Positions 49,720 through 59,742 are shown, numbered from the stretch's first letter. The stretch is DNA of 64,000 nucleotides from Candidatus Parcubacteria bacterium (GCA_025999395.1 AP024682.1:367487-431486); one strand, 5' to 3'. Made by a program: numbers and translations. The notes: generated by a model from the letters alone, not told the origin.

Positions 49720-50691
49720 TTAAGATATTTGATCTTCGATTATCTCAAAATTTTCTCTTAAGAAAGTTGGTTTTTGAAAAAATATCTTTAGTTCTTCTAT
49801 TTGAGCTGAAGGCGGTCCTTTCTTAAGAATTTCCAAAAAACGGCTCAAACTTATTAAATCTCCTTGAGCTACAACTCTAATGGCAGGCAAATCAACTAAA
49901 TTACAACAAAACCCCTTTATTCCTAAATTTGAGGCAGATTGAAGAGCCAGAAAGCGATAACCTACCCCTTGAACTTTTCCCTTAGCTTCAAAATTCATCT
50001 CAATAGCCCCTTTTAAATCTTCTAAAGCTAAAGCGGAATCTAGAGAAAAATAACCGATTTTTGTTCTAGTTAGTTCTTTAACATACCCTCCAGTTTTCAA
50101 AATTTCTCCTAAATCTCTGGCAAAACTTCTTACATAAAACCCAGCCGAAACTTTAAGCTCTAATTCTAGTTCAATAGTTTCTTTTAAGTAAGAAACAGAT
50201 TTAATTTTGTAGCTGATTAAAGAAACTTCTTTTTCTTTTACTTCGAAATTAATTTTCTGGCGACTTAATTTATAAGCCGGAGTCCCCTTTATTTTAACAG
50301 CAGAAAATCGAGGAGGTTTTTGAGTTCTTTTTTGAGCTAATTGATTAATAGCTACCTCAATTTCTTGACAACTGGGTAATCTTTTTAAGGAATGAAAGAT
50401 CTTTTCTCCTTCAATATCATCAGTAGAAGAGCTAACTCCTAAAACAATTTTTGCTTGGTAAGTTTTATCTAATTTTTTGAGAAAAAGAAAGAGGCTTTTA
50501 GTAAATTCTCTTCCGACTGCTGTAATTAAAAGTCCATTTGCAAAGGGATCGAGTGTTCCTCCGTGACCAATTTTTGTTTTTTTCTGAAAATTTTCTTTCA
50601 GTATTTCTTTTAAAGATAGCTTAAACTTATTTAAAAACTTGGCGGAACTAATGCCGCTTGGTTTGTTTAGAAGAAAAAACCCCTCAATCAT
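49720..50691 (-). CDS. truB: tRNA pseudouridine-55 synthase fused to C-terminal acylphosphatase-like domain
   Basis: TruB KIGHGGTLDPFANGLL catalytic Asp motif; C-terminal ~95 aa AKGKVQGVGYRF...GFCCN matches acylphosphatase signature 1. Confidence 0.8.
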   Translation of the reverse strand: MIEGFFLLNKPSGISSAKFLNKFKLSLKEILKENFQKKTKIGHGGTLDPFANGLLITAVGREFTKSLFLFLKKLDKTYQAKIVLGVSSSTDDIEGEKIFHSLKRLPSCQEIEVAINQLAQKRTQKPPRFSAVKIKGTPAYKLSRQKINFEVKEKEVSLISYKIKSVSYLKETIELELELKVSAGFYVRSFARDLGEILKTGGYVKELTRTKIGYFSLDSALALEDLKGAIEMNFEAKGKVQGVGYRFLALQSASNLGIKGFCCNLVDLPAIRVVAQGDLISLSRFLEILKKGPPSAQIEELKIFFQKPTFLRENFEIIEDQIS

Positions 50692-50751
50692 ATCTTCTAA
50701 TCAAAAACAAAACCAATTTTTTAAAATGAGTACTTTAAAGTAATTGAAAGG

Positions 50752-51660
50752 TTAATCTTTAAGATATTTACCAATAGCAATAAAACTGGAAACTAATCCT
50801 ACTCCCACTCCAAAAATTAGTTGGTAAGAGAAGAAAACAAGAATATCACTCATAAATTTCTGCCACAAATTAAGCTCGGGTATCATTACTTTTATATAAG
50901 GAGAAGCAAAATAGACTACTGGTCCAATAACTAAAAGACTTAAGAAAGCCGAAATGATTCCGTAAATCACCCCTTCCACAAGAAAAGGAGTGCGAATAAA
51001 GAAATTAGAACCCCCTACCAGTTTCATAATATTGATACTTTCGCGGCTTGAATAAATAGCCAAGCGAATAGTATTGAAGGTAATAAGAATAGCAATTAAA
51101 GTCATTACAATCGTTAAAATCATTCCTCCGTTACGAGAAATCGAAAGAATTTTGTTGAGTCGGTTAATAACAGCAGCGTTTTGACTATAAGAAACTTTCT
51201 CCACAAAAGGCTTAATCGAGTCGTTGTTTAAATAGCCGGCGATTACCGAGTATTCTTCCGGTTGACGAGCTTTAATGTTTAAAGAAGCCAGCAAGGGATT
51301 TTCATTAAGCTGTTCCAAGGCTTGAGAAATGGTGGCGTCATCTTTGTGTTTTTCCTTAAAAATAGATAAAGCTTCTTCTTTAGAAACATATTCCACCATT
51401 TTGACTTCCGGTAAACTTTCTAAAATAGATTTTATTCTTAAAATTTCATCTTCAGGGGAATCATTTTTAAAATAAACACTAATGTCAATCTTTTCCTGAA
51501 TGCTGTTAATCACTGTGCGAGCAATTATGTTTCCAATAATCAATCCGCCAAAAACAGTTAAAGTCATTACCATCACTACAATCGTTGCTCCCGAAAGCCA
51601 AGCATTTCTTAAAAAATTTTGAATTCCGTATTTAATAACGCGAACAAGAGCAGTAATCAT
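50752..51660 (-). CDS. ftsX: cell division ABC transporter permease FtsX
   Basis: 4-TM FtsX topology with large loop; follows ftsE. Confidence 0.85.
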   Translation of the reverse strand: MITALVRVIKYGIQNFLRNAWLSGATIVVMVMTLTVFGGLIIGNIIARTVINSIQEKIDISVYFKNDSPEDEILRIKSILESLPEVKMVEYVSKEEALSIFKEKHKDDATISQALEQLNENPLLASLNIKARQPEEYSVIAGYLNNDSIKPFVEKVSYSQNAAVINRLNKILSISRNGGMILTIVMTLIAILITFNTIRLAIYSSRESINIMKLVGGSNFFIRTPFLVEGVIYGIISAFLSLLVIGPVVYFASPYIKVMIPELNLWQKFMSDILVFFSYQLIFGVGVGLVSSFIAIGKYLKD

Positions 51661-51680
51661 ATTTTTTTATTATTTAAAAA

Positions 51681-52373
51681 TTAAAAAAGTATATATTTCC
51701 CTTCTTCTTCATCTCTTACAATTTGCCCTTCTTCTAAACTAATCACTCTTTTGTTAATGCTGTTGACTACATCTCGATTGTGAGTAGCCAAAATAATAGT
51801 CGTTCCTAATTCGTTAATTTTTAAAAGCAGTTTAATAATTTCACTGGAATTAATAGGATCCAAATTTCCTGTAGGTTCATCAGCGATAATCACATCCGGA
51901 TTATTTACCATTGCTCGAGCAATAGCTACTCTTTGTTTTTCTCCTCCCGAAAGCTCTCGAGGAAAGTTATCAGCTTTTGAAGAAAGGCCTACCATTTCTA
52001 AAGCCTTAGGCACCAACTCGTGAATTTCCTCTTCTGGCCTTCCGGAAACCTCCAAAGCAAAAGCTACATTTTCATAGGCAGTTTTTTCAGGTAAAAGTTT
52101 GAAGTCCTGAAAAATAGTGCCAATATGCCTTCTCATCCGGTAAAGCTCGCTTTGTTTTAAGCGAGTTACATCCCAAGAGCCAAAAATGATTCTTCCCTTT
52201 GTCGGCTTTTCCTCGCCAATTAAAAGCTTAATAATGGTTGATTTTCCTGCTCCGGAACGACCTACTAAAGAAACAAATTCTTTGGGGTTTATTTTAAAGC
52301 TTACATTATCCAACGCAATCACTGAATGACTGTTGCTTTTATAGATCTTAGAAACCGATTGGAAAATAATCAT
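51681..52373 (-). CDS. ftsE: cell division ATP-binding protein FtsE
   Basis: Walker [18 protein letters not shown] signature, Walker [12 protein letters not shown]. Confidence 0.9.
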   Translation of the reverse strand: MIIFQSVSKIYKSNSHSVIALDNVSFKINPKEFVSLVGRSGAGKSTIIKLLIGEEKPTKGRIIFGSWDVTRLKQSELYRMRRHIGTIFQDFKLLPEKTAYENVAFALEVSGRPEEEIHELVPKALEMVGLSSKADNFPRELSGGEKQRVAIARAMVNNPDVIIADEPTGNLDPINSSEIIKLLLKINELGTTIILATHNRDVVNSINKRVISLEEGQIVRDEEEGKYILF

Positions 52374-52416
52374 ATTTAAAGATTATAACAAAGAAAATAG
52401 AAAATACCAGAACCTG

Positions 52417-53509
52417 TTAAGGTAAACAGGTTAATTCTGCTTCAATAAAATCATCTAAATCTCCTTCTTCCAGAACTCTTTCCACTTGTGTAGTTTCGCA
52501 GCCAGTTCGATGATCCTTAATAAGTTTATAAGGATTCAGTACATAAGATCGAATTTGACTCCCCCATTCTGGTTTTACTTTGGTTTTTAATTTATCCAGC
52601 TCTTGAATTTTTTCTTTTTCCATAAGCTGGATTAATTTGGCTTCCAAAATTTTTAAGGCTTTTTCCCGATTTTGAGATTGAGAACGCTCGGCTTGAGAAG
52701 AAGCAACCAAACCCGTTGGCAAATGTACAATTCTCACTGCGGTTTCTACCTTGTTGACATTTTGCCCTCCGGGTCCAGAAGAGCGAAAAAATTCTATTTT
52801 TAAATCTTTCTCGGGAATATTTAACCTTTGAAAATTATTGTCGTAATTTAATTCCGGCAAAACTTCAACCAAAGCAAAAGAAGTGTGTCTTAATTGTTGA
52901 GCAGAAAAGGGCGAAATTCTTACTAAGCGGTGAACGCCGCTTTCTTTCTTTAAATACCCAAAAGCAAAGTTTCCTTCGATTTCAAAAGTAATATTTTTTA
53001 AAGGGATTCGGCCGGTTCTTTCTTCGTTGGATTCTTGGGAATAATCCAAAATGATTACCTTCCAATTTTTTCTTTCTGCATAGGCTTTATACATTAAAAA
53101 GAGCATATGAACCCAATCAGCGGCATCTTTTCCTCCAGCTCCAGCGTAAATAGAAACAATAGCATTATTTTTATCCCATTTGCCCGTAAAGATTTTCTTT
53201 ATCTCTAATTTTCTTATTAACCCTTCTACTCTTAAAATTTCTGACTCATCAATTTTTTCTTTTTGAGCAATAAGATGAGCTAAAGAATTTTGAGCATCAA
53301 AAAAGATTTCCAGTATTTCTTTTATTTCGCCAATTTCTTCTAAAACCAGATCAACTTTCTTTTTGTCTTTCCAGAAATCACTATCCTGAAGTAAAAATTC
53401 CTTCTCCTTAAGGAAATTTTGTTTTTTCTCTACCTCAAAGCCAGCCTCCTATTTGGCGGAGGCGGACCGTTAAATCGTTCAGTTTTTGTTGATAATCTTT
53501 TTCTAACAT
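52417..53509 (-). CDS. prfB: peptide chain release factor 2 with programmed +1 frameshift
   Basis: 0-frame MLEKDYQQKLNDLTVRLRQIGGWL then UGA; +1 frame continues EVEKKQ...; GGQ motif SSGPGGQNVNKVETAV. Confidence 0.9.
53435..53450 (-). promoter_or_regulatory. prfB autoregulatory frameshift site: internal SD AGGAGG, spacer CUGG, CUU UGA G
   Basis: Reverse complement of 53435-53450 reads AGGAGGCTGGCTTTGA. Confidence 0.85.
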
Positions 53510-53530
53510 TTTTAAAAAATTTTTACCTAG

Positions 53531-53602
53531 AGCCGGAGGGGAGATTCGAACTCCCGACCTTGGCTTTACGAAAGCCCCGCTCTACCCCTGAGCTACTCCG
53601 GC
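53531..53602 (-). tRNA. tRNA-Thr (anticodon CGU)
   Basis: Hand fold of reverse complement: acceptor GCCGGAG/CTCCGGC, U8, D arm GCTC-AGGGGTA-GAGC, anticodon loop TTCGTAA, T arm GGGAG-TTCGAAT-CTCCC. Confidence 0.85.
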
Positions 53603-53662
53603 TAAAGTGTTTAAAGAAAGAATATCAAAAAAGATAAGAAAAATAAATGAGAAATACTTTTT

Positions 53663-56038
53663 TTATTCTCTTAATCTTAAAAGAATTTCTTTTTCTACAA
53701 TCTCTCTTTCGGTGCCATACTTCAGGAAGGAAATTTCCTTTATTTTTTCTGCTAATTGGTAGTCAGAAGGCGGATAAAGAGGAGTTCTTATATTAAACGG
53801 TTTAGAAGTTTGACCATTGATGAGAATTTTTACACAAGCTCTTAGGTTGTCTAGATTGATTAAATCATTTTGGCTAAATTCTGGTTCGAATTGTTTTACT
53901 AAATATTCAGCATCATCAGCTCCTACTCGAAAAGAAATAATTGAACCAACATTTCCAAAAACCGCGTCCCTGATTTTTTCTGGCAACTGTTTAATATACT
54001 GGTTAGCCACCACCAAGTTTAAGTGAAACTTTCTGGCTTCTGCCAAAATAGAAGCCACCGAATCGGTAGTAAAGTTTTGAAACTCATCAATATAAAGATT
54101 AAAATCTTTTCTTTCTTTATCCGGAACATCAATTCGAGAAAAGGCAGCCATTAAAATTTTTCCAATAATAATCATCCCTAAAAGATTAGCATTAATTTCC
54201 CCTACTCTTCCCTTGGCTAAGTTAATAAGAAAGATTTTCCCTTCATCCATAATCTTGCGGAAGTTAAAGGAAGATTTTACCTGTCCAATAATAGGACGCA
54301 TATAGTCGTTCGCGATAAAATTATTGAATTTTGAAGTAATATAAGGAGTAATATTTGCCAAGGAGGCTTCTCCTCCTACGCGGATGGCTTCTTTTTCCCA
54401 GAAATCGATGACAACGGGATTGTTAATTCTAGCTAACTTTCTTCTTCTAAAAAGATCATCCGAAAAAACTCGCGGCACCTCCATCAGAGTGGCTGGTTCA
54501 TTGACGGCATCTTCCATTAAAAGCAAAAGAGCATTTCTCATATACTGCTCAAACATCGGTCCACCAGTAGCCTTTAAATCATAGAGTTTATCAAAGATGC
54601 TAAGCATTTCATTAACAATAAAAGTCTTTTGTTCCGGTTTATCAAAATCGTATTCCAGCATATTTAATCCAACAGGTTTTTTAACATTTGCCGGATCAAA
54701 ATAAATAACATCATCTATTCTTTGAGGAGGAATTAAAGCAAGCAGTTTTTCCGCTAATTCTCCGTGAGGATCCATTACTGCTACCCCCTTTCCTTTTTGA
54801 ATATCATCCAAAGCCATATTAGTAATTAAAGCTGTCTTTCCGGTGCCGGTTTGCCCGATAATGTAAACATGACGCCTTCTATCTTCTTCGGTTATATAAA
54901 CAGGCTTTATTACTCCATTAAAGACGCTTTCACCAATTTTAGTACCATCTGAAGGAAGATTAGGAGGAGGAGCAACTTCTTTCGATTTTAGCCATTTTAC
55001 TCGCGGAGAAAGAGTGGAGGTGGTGGGAAAATGAAAAACACCAGCTAATTCTTCGGTGTTTAAAATCATTTTTTGACTTTCGTCAAATTCTCTAAAGGAA
55101 AATTGATAAGCTAATTTTTTAAGGTTCTTTACTTTGACAATTTTTATTTTGTTTTTTAAAGGAGCTTCAAATTGAGAAAAAGATCCAGCAATTGCTTCCA
55201 TAATCCTTTCGGTTTGATATTGACTTAAAGAAGAAACCACTACTCGATAATTAATTTCAAACAAAGGTTTAGAAACTTTCTTTTCTAATTCTTTAATAGA
55301 AGTTTCATCAACAATGGAAGGAGAAGATTTCTTCTTTTCCTCCTCTTCAGGATTAATAGCTTCACTAATTTCTTTTAAATCGATTAAACTTTCTGAACTA
55401 ACTTTTTTAAAACTTTCTCCTTTGCGCAATTGATTAATCATTTCAAAAATTGATTTTTTATATGATTCGGCTGCTGGTCTAATAATAAGCTGAATAGCTG
55501 CTCCTTCTCCTACCTGATTTAGTCGAGAAAGTCCGCTTAAAATAGGAGAAAAGGTATCCACTTCACTTTCTAAGTAGGTTCTCAACATTAAGGAGTAATG
55601 TTTATCTTGCTTTAAATAAAAACCAGCCGAATATCCTTGGGGTTGAAAAATATTATACTCAGGAGCCAACTCTACTTGAGAATCTTTGAAAATTCCTTCT
55701 ATTTGCCGACTAACAAAAGAAACATCTTTCTCCGGCACAGCTAAATAAAAATGAATTTCTTCTCCTATATGATGAACCGCTGCCTCAAAAACTACCCCCT
55801 CCTTTATTGCCGAAAAAACATTAAATAGCTGTTCTGAAAGATTAATTTCTTCTTTAAACTTTCCTAGTGAAGTTTCTTTATCAGTAGCTGAAGGAGAAGG
55901 AAGCCTTACCAAAAGAAGTTTTAATCCCAGAGATCTTTTTAATCTCTCTTTTTTAAAAGAAAAAATTCCATAAAGAAAAACCCCCAACGCCAAAAAAGAA
56001 AGAAAGAAAACAGTTATTACTATCAAAAGATCATTCAT
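53663..56038 (-). CDS. membrane-anchored FtsK/HerA-superfamily P-loop ATPase resembling type IV coupling proteins (TraD/VirD4/TrwB) with large novel N-terminal domain
   Basis: N-terminal TM; Walker A RRHVYIIGQTGTGKT then VMDPHGE (T4CP-like DPxGE), Walker B LYIDEFQNF, C-terminal RKFHLNLVVANQYIKQL. Confidence 0.6.
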   Translation of the reverse strand: MNDLLIVITVFFLSFLALGVFLYGIFSFKKERLKRSLGLKLLLVRLPSPSATDKETSLGKFKEEINLSEQLFNVFSAIKEGVVFEAAVHHIGEEIHFYLAVPEKDVSFVSRQIEGIFKDSQVELAPEYNIFQPQGYSAGFYLKQDKHYSLMLRTYLESEVDTFSPILSGLSRLNQVGEGAAIQLIIRPAAESYKKSIFEMINQLRKGESFKKVSSESLIDLKEISEAINPEEEEKKKSSPSIVDETSIKELEKKVSKPLFEINYRVVVSSLSQYQTERIMEAIAGSFSQFEAPLKNKIKIVKVKNLKKLAYQFSFREFDESQKMILNTEELAGVFHFPTTSTLSPRVKWLKSKEVAPPPNLPSDGTKIGESVFNGVIKPVYITEEDRRRHVYIIGQTGTGKTALITNMALDDIQKGKGVAVMDPHGELAEKLLALIPPQRIDDVIYFDPANVKKPVGLNMLEYDFDKPEQKTFIVNEMLSIFDKLYDLKATGGPMFEQYMRNALLLLMEDAVNEPATLMEVPRVFSDDLFRRRKLARINNPVVIDFWEKEAIRVGGEASLANITPYITSKFNNFIANDYMRPIIGQVKSSFNFRKIMDEGKIFLINLAKGRVGEINANLLGMIIIGKILMAAFSRIDVPDKERKDFNLYIDEFQNFTTDSVASILAEARKFHLNLVVANQYIKQLPEKIRDAVFGNVGSIISFRVGADDAEYLVKQFEPEFSQNDLINLDNLRACVKILINGQTSKPFNIRTPLYPPSDYQLAEKIKEISFLKYGTEREIVEKEILLRLRE

Positions 56039-56078
56039 AGATAATTCGTTATTTGCTTATAAAAAAAGAGTTAAAAAA

Positions 56079-56486
56079 TTAAATTAACTCTCTTCTTTTT
56101 AACTCATCAAGCACTTTTTCTACTAAAGCATCGTGATAAAGATCTAAAAGATAAGGGTCATTTTCTTTTAAAGCCAACCTAACTCCGGCACTAATCCCCT
56201 TTTCTAAAGTTATTTCAATCAATTTTTTTACCTTTTCTTTAACATCTTCTTCGGCAGAAAGAGCGTAGCTTGGAAAAACTTCTGATGAAACATTTTGAGG
56301 GATTAAGCTTGGAGATGGCTGAGTTGCTTTGCTTAAGGTAGCGGCTTCTTCTACTTTTTTCTTAACAATTGATTCTATTATTTCTCTTTCGGAGGGCTTT
56401 TCAACAGCATCGAGACGTTGAAGGTTTTCTTTGTATTCTTGAGCAATTTGTTCGTAATTGATATTATGAAGATTGTTATCAGGCAT
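56079..56486 (-). CDS. hypothetical soluble protein immediately upstream of (same strand as) the T4CP-like ATPase
   Basis: ORF with no TM and no recognised motif. Confidence 0.45.
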   Translation of the reverse strand: MPDNNLHNINYEQIAQEYKENLQRLDAVEKPSEREIIESIVKKKVEEAATLSKATQPSPSLIPQNVSSEVFPSYALSAEEDVKEKVKKLIEITLEKGISAGVRLALKENDPYLLDLYHDALVEKVLDELKRRELI

Positions 56487-56504
56487 AATAAAATTTTTAA
56501 AATT

Positions 56505-58064
56505 ATGAATGACTATAAAAAATACTTTTGGCTTGCTTTGGGAGTTATTTTTATTTTAACAGTTTTCTTCCGATTTTACAATTTGGCCACAGTTCCGCCA
56601 GGACTTTACCCAGATGAGGCAATGAATGGCAATAATGCTTTAGAGGCAATAAAAACTGGAAAATTTAAAGTTTTTTATCCAGAAAATAACGGTCGAGAAG
56701 GTCTTTTTATAAACTTTCAAGCTTTGCTCTTAAAAATTTTTCAAAAAAGAGAACCCTGGGTTTTGCGTTCTGCCAGCGCTCTTTTTGGGAGTTTAACAGT
56801 AATTGGAATCTTCTTTCTGATTGTTGAAATTTTAAAAATCAATTCTTGGGAAAAAAACAAATCTTTTTTACTTTTACCCTTTTTAAGCTCTTTTTTAGTA
56901 GCTATAAGTTTTTGGCATATTAACTTTTCCCGCATTGGTTTTCGAGCAATTATGGCGCCGGCTTTTTTGGTATGGTCCATTTATTTTTTGATAAAATCAT
57001 TTAATAGAGAAAAAGAAACTCGCGAAAGAATAATAAATCCTTTTTTGTTAGCTGGCTTAGCCGGCTTTCTTTATGGATTAGGAATGCATTCTTATATTGC
57101 TTATCGTGTTACTCCTCTTTTAATAATTTCTATTTATTTTCTTTATTGGAAATTTAATCCTGAGAGTATCAGTAAAAAAAGAATTTTTTTAAATTTTCTT
57201 ACTTTTACTATTTTTGCTTTGATAGCTTTTGCTCCCTTAGGAATTTATTTTCTAAAAAATCCTGCTGACTTTTTTGGGAGGACTGGCCAACTTTCCATTT
57301 TTTCCTCCCCTACTCCTTTAAAGGATTTGATTGAAAATACTCTTAAAACTTTAGCGATGTTTCATTTTAAAGGGGATGCTAATTGGAGACACAATTATTC
57401 TGGCAGTCCTCAACTTTTTTGGTTAACAGGATTATTCTTTGTTTTGGGAATTTTAAAGGGAATAGCTTGGGTAATTGATAAAAAAACAAAGGAAGTCACT
57501 AGAGATAATCAAAAAAATAATCTAAAATTTATCTTTCTTCTTTCGCTTATTTGGTTGATTTTAGCATTTTTGCCGGTGGTTATTTCTAATGAAGGTATTC
57601 CTCACGCTTTGCGCTCGATTTTAATGATTCCTCCAGTTTTTATTATCTCCGGAATAGGTGGTTTTTATTTTTTTGAGTTTATTTATCGAAAAACAAATAA
57701 AAAAATAACTTATTTAGTTGGAATAATTCTAATGCTGGCGATGATCCTTCAATCTTTTATCTTCTATTTTATTCTTTGGGCAAAAAATCCCAATGTCGCT
57801 GATGCCTTCAGTGTTAGATATTTAGAAATCGGTCGGCAAATAAATGAAATTTCTGAAAAAGTAAAAAAATATGTTGTTGTTAATGCGTCAGGAATAGAAG
57901 TTCGAGGAATTCCTATGCCTGCTCAAATCATAATGTTTATTACTGATTCCTTTAGCTTCGAAGATCAAGAAAAAAAGCAAATCTTTTATATTTCTCCCGA
58001 AAAAGAAAAAGAAGTTGATGAAAATAATTCCTTAATCTTTTATTTAGAGGAAAAAAGAGATTAG
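56505..58064 (+). CDS. GT-C fold glycosyltransferase (GT39/PMT_2/ArnT-like); start taken at MNDYKKYFW to avoid overlap with divergent gene (ORF track starts at TTG 56418)
   Basis: N-terminal TM then RFYNLATVPPGLYPDEAMNG first-loop DE motif; polytopic. Confidence 0.75.
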   Translation: MNDYKKYFWLALGVIFILTVFFRFYNLATVPPGLYPDEAMNGNNALEAIKTGKFKVFYPENNGREGLFINFQALLLKIFQKREPWVLRSASALFGSLTVIGIFFLIVEILKINSWEKNKSFLLLPFLSSFLVAISFWHINFSRIGFRAIMAPAFLVWSIYFLIKSFNREKETRERIINPFLLAGLAGFLYGLGMHSYIAYRVTPLLIISIYFLYWKFNPESISKKRIFLNFLTFTIFALIAFAPLGIYFLKNPADFFGRTGQLSIFSSPTPLKDLIENTLKTLAMFHFKGDANWRHNYSGSPQLFWLTGLFFVLGILKGIAWVIDKKTKEVTRDNQKNNLKFIFLLSLIWLILAFLPVVISNEGIPHALRSILMIPPVFIISGIGGFYFFEFIYRKTNKKITYLVGIILMLAMILQSFIFYFILWAKNPNVADAFSVRYLEIGRQINEISEKVKKYVVVNASGIEVRGIPMPAQIIMFITDSFSFEDQEKKQIFYISPEKEKEVDENNSLIFYLEEKRD

Positions 58065-58074
58065 AAATTGAATT

Positions 58075-59082
58075 TTACCCATGCCTTATAAAAAGAACGT
58101 CTCCGTCTTGAACGATATAATCCTTTCCTTCAATTCTGATTAACCCTTTCTGACGTGCCTGACTCCAACCTCCTGCTTCTATCAAATCTTTCCAAAAAAT
58201 AACTTCGGCTCGGATAAATTTGTTTTCAAAATCGGTGTGAATAGTACCAGCCGCTTGAGGAGCCTTCCAACCCCTTTTAATTGTCCACGCGCGCGTTTCC
58301 TCTTCGCCGGTAGTAAAGAAACTAATTAAATCAAGAATTTTGTAGGCTTCTTTAATTAAAGGACTTAAATCAGGCTCTTTTTTTAAATCAAAAACTAAGT
58401 AGGGAGACTGAAATTGAGCAATTTTTTCTTTTAATTCTAAAGAAACATCTTTTTCTTCGCCATTAAGAAGAAAGATCATTTTTTTAGCAGTAAGAAGATT
58501 TAAACCTTTAATAGCAGGATTGTTTAAAATTTCTTCTCCCAAAAGGAAAAGAAGCTTTCCTTCATTTAAAAAACTTTCAACTCTTTTAACTAACTCTAAT
58601 TCCTTTATCTTTTCCTTATTTCCGGTTCTCGCTTCTCCTTCTAACTTATCAATTCTTTTCTTAACTGTTTCCAAATCTTTAAGAATCAATTCGGTATTAA
58701 TAGTATCAATATCTCTTAAAGGATCGGGATGATTTTCAATATGAATAATTTCAGGATCAGAAAAGCAACGAACCACTTGAACAATCGCTGCCGTTTCCCG
58801 AATGTGAGAAAGAAATTGATTTCCTAACCCTTGACCTTGGCTAGCGCCTTTAACTAAACCAGCAATATCATAGAATTCAACGATCGCCGGAATCTTTTTG
58901 GCTGACCGACTAAGTTTGTAAAGAATATCTAGTCTTTCATCTGGAACCGCCACTACCCCAACATTCGGATCAATAGTAGCAAAAGGATAATTAGCAATAT
59001 GAACTTCGTTTTTAGTAAGAAGTTTGAAAAGAGTAGATTTTCCTACATTGGGTAATCCTACAATTCCCAAAGAAAGTTTCAT
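58075..59082 (-). CDS. ychF: ribosome-binding ATPase YchF (Obg family); start taken at MKLSLGIVG
   Basis: G1 GIVGLPNVGKST, ANYPFATIDPN, C-terminal TGS domain. Confidence 0.88.
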   Translation of the reverse strand: MKLSLGIVGLPNVGKSTLFKLLTKNEVHIANYPFATIDPNVGVVAVPDERLDILYKLSRSAKKIPAIVEFYDIAGLVKGASQGQGLGNQFLSHIRETAAIVQVVRCFSDPEIIHIENHPDPLRDIDTINTELILKDLETVKKRIDKLEGEARTGNKEKIKELELVKRVESFLNEGKLLFLLGEEILNNPAIKGLNLLTAKKMIFLLNGEEKDVSLELKEKIAQFQSPYLVFDLKKEPDLSPLIKEAYKILDLISFFTTGEEETRAWTIKRGWKAPQAAGTIHTDFENKFIRAEVIFWKDLIEAGGWSQARQKGLIRIEGKDYIVQDGDVLFIRHG

Positions 59083-59098
59083 AAATAGAAATAAAATT

Positions 59099-59713
59099 CT
59101 AATCAATAAAATTAATGGTTATTTCTCCTTCTCTTAAAACCGAAATTTTATTATCTTTTTCTATTTTTATTAAAGTAGAAGGCAAAGAATTGATTTTCCC
59201 TCCATCTACATAAAAATCTACTTTATCAGAAAAATATTTCTGAGCTTCTTTAATAGTAGCAGCTGGCTTTTGACCCTCGGGATTAGCACTAGGTGCCACT
59301 AAAGGACCTACCTTTTTGAGAAGACTTAAAAGAGATTTTTTAGGAGGAAACCGAAAGGCTAAACTTTTTGTCCCTCGATGAAGATAAGACATTTTTTTAT
59401 CTTTACAAGGCAAAGCAACGCTAATTTTTTCTGGCCAAATTTTACTCAAGAAAGACAAAACTACTTTCGAGAGAGAAAGATTGAATTTTTTTAAATCGTT
59501 TAGAGAAGAAATTAAAATAATAAAAGGTTTGTGAGGGTTTCTCTGGCGAAGTTGATAAATTCTTTCCACTGTTTCTTTGTTTTTGGCTAAACCAATAATT
59601 CCATAAAGAGTATCGGTTGGAATAACTCCAACTCCGCCAGCCTTTAGAATTTCAATTACCTTTTTGTTATTTAAAGATTTGAATACCTTTAATTTTTTGT
59701 TCTTTTTAACCAT
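59099..59713 (-). CDS. tsaC: threonylcarbamoyl-AMP synthase (YrdC/TsaC/Sua5 family)
   Basis: GGVGVIPTDTLYGI, KPFIILISS. Confidence 0.85.
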   Translation of the reverse strand: MVKKNKKLKVFKSLNNKKVIEILKAGGVGVIPTDTLYGIIGLAKNKETVERIYQLRQRNPHKPFIILISSLNDLKKFNLSLSKVVLSFLSKIWPEKISVALPCKDKKMSYLHRGTKSLAFRFPPKKSLLSLLKKVGPLVAPSANPEGQKPAATIKEAQKYFSDKVDFYVDGGKINSLPSTLIKIEKDNKISVLREGEITINFID

Positions 59714-59742
59714 CTTGGGTTTAATTTTCAGCCATTATTTTT

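Noticed and set aside
53419-53637. 72-aa ORF on + strand
   Set aside because: Antisense to the prfB 5' region and tRNA-Thr. No coding support.
53663-56038. VirB4/TraC-type assignment for the 791-aa ATPase
   Set aside because: The DPHGE motif ~25 aa after the P-loop, and the C-terminal R...NLVVANQ motif, fit coupling proteins (TrwB/TraD/VirD4) better than VirB4 or FtsK. It is kept as T4CP-like with moderate confidence.
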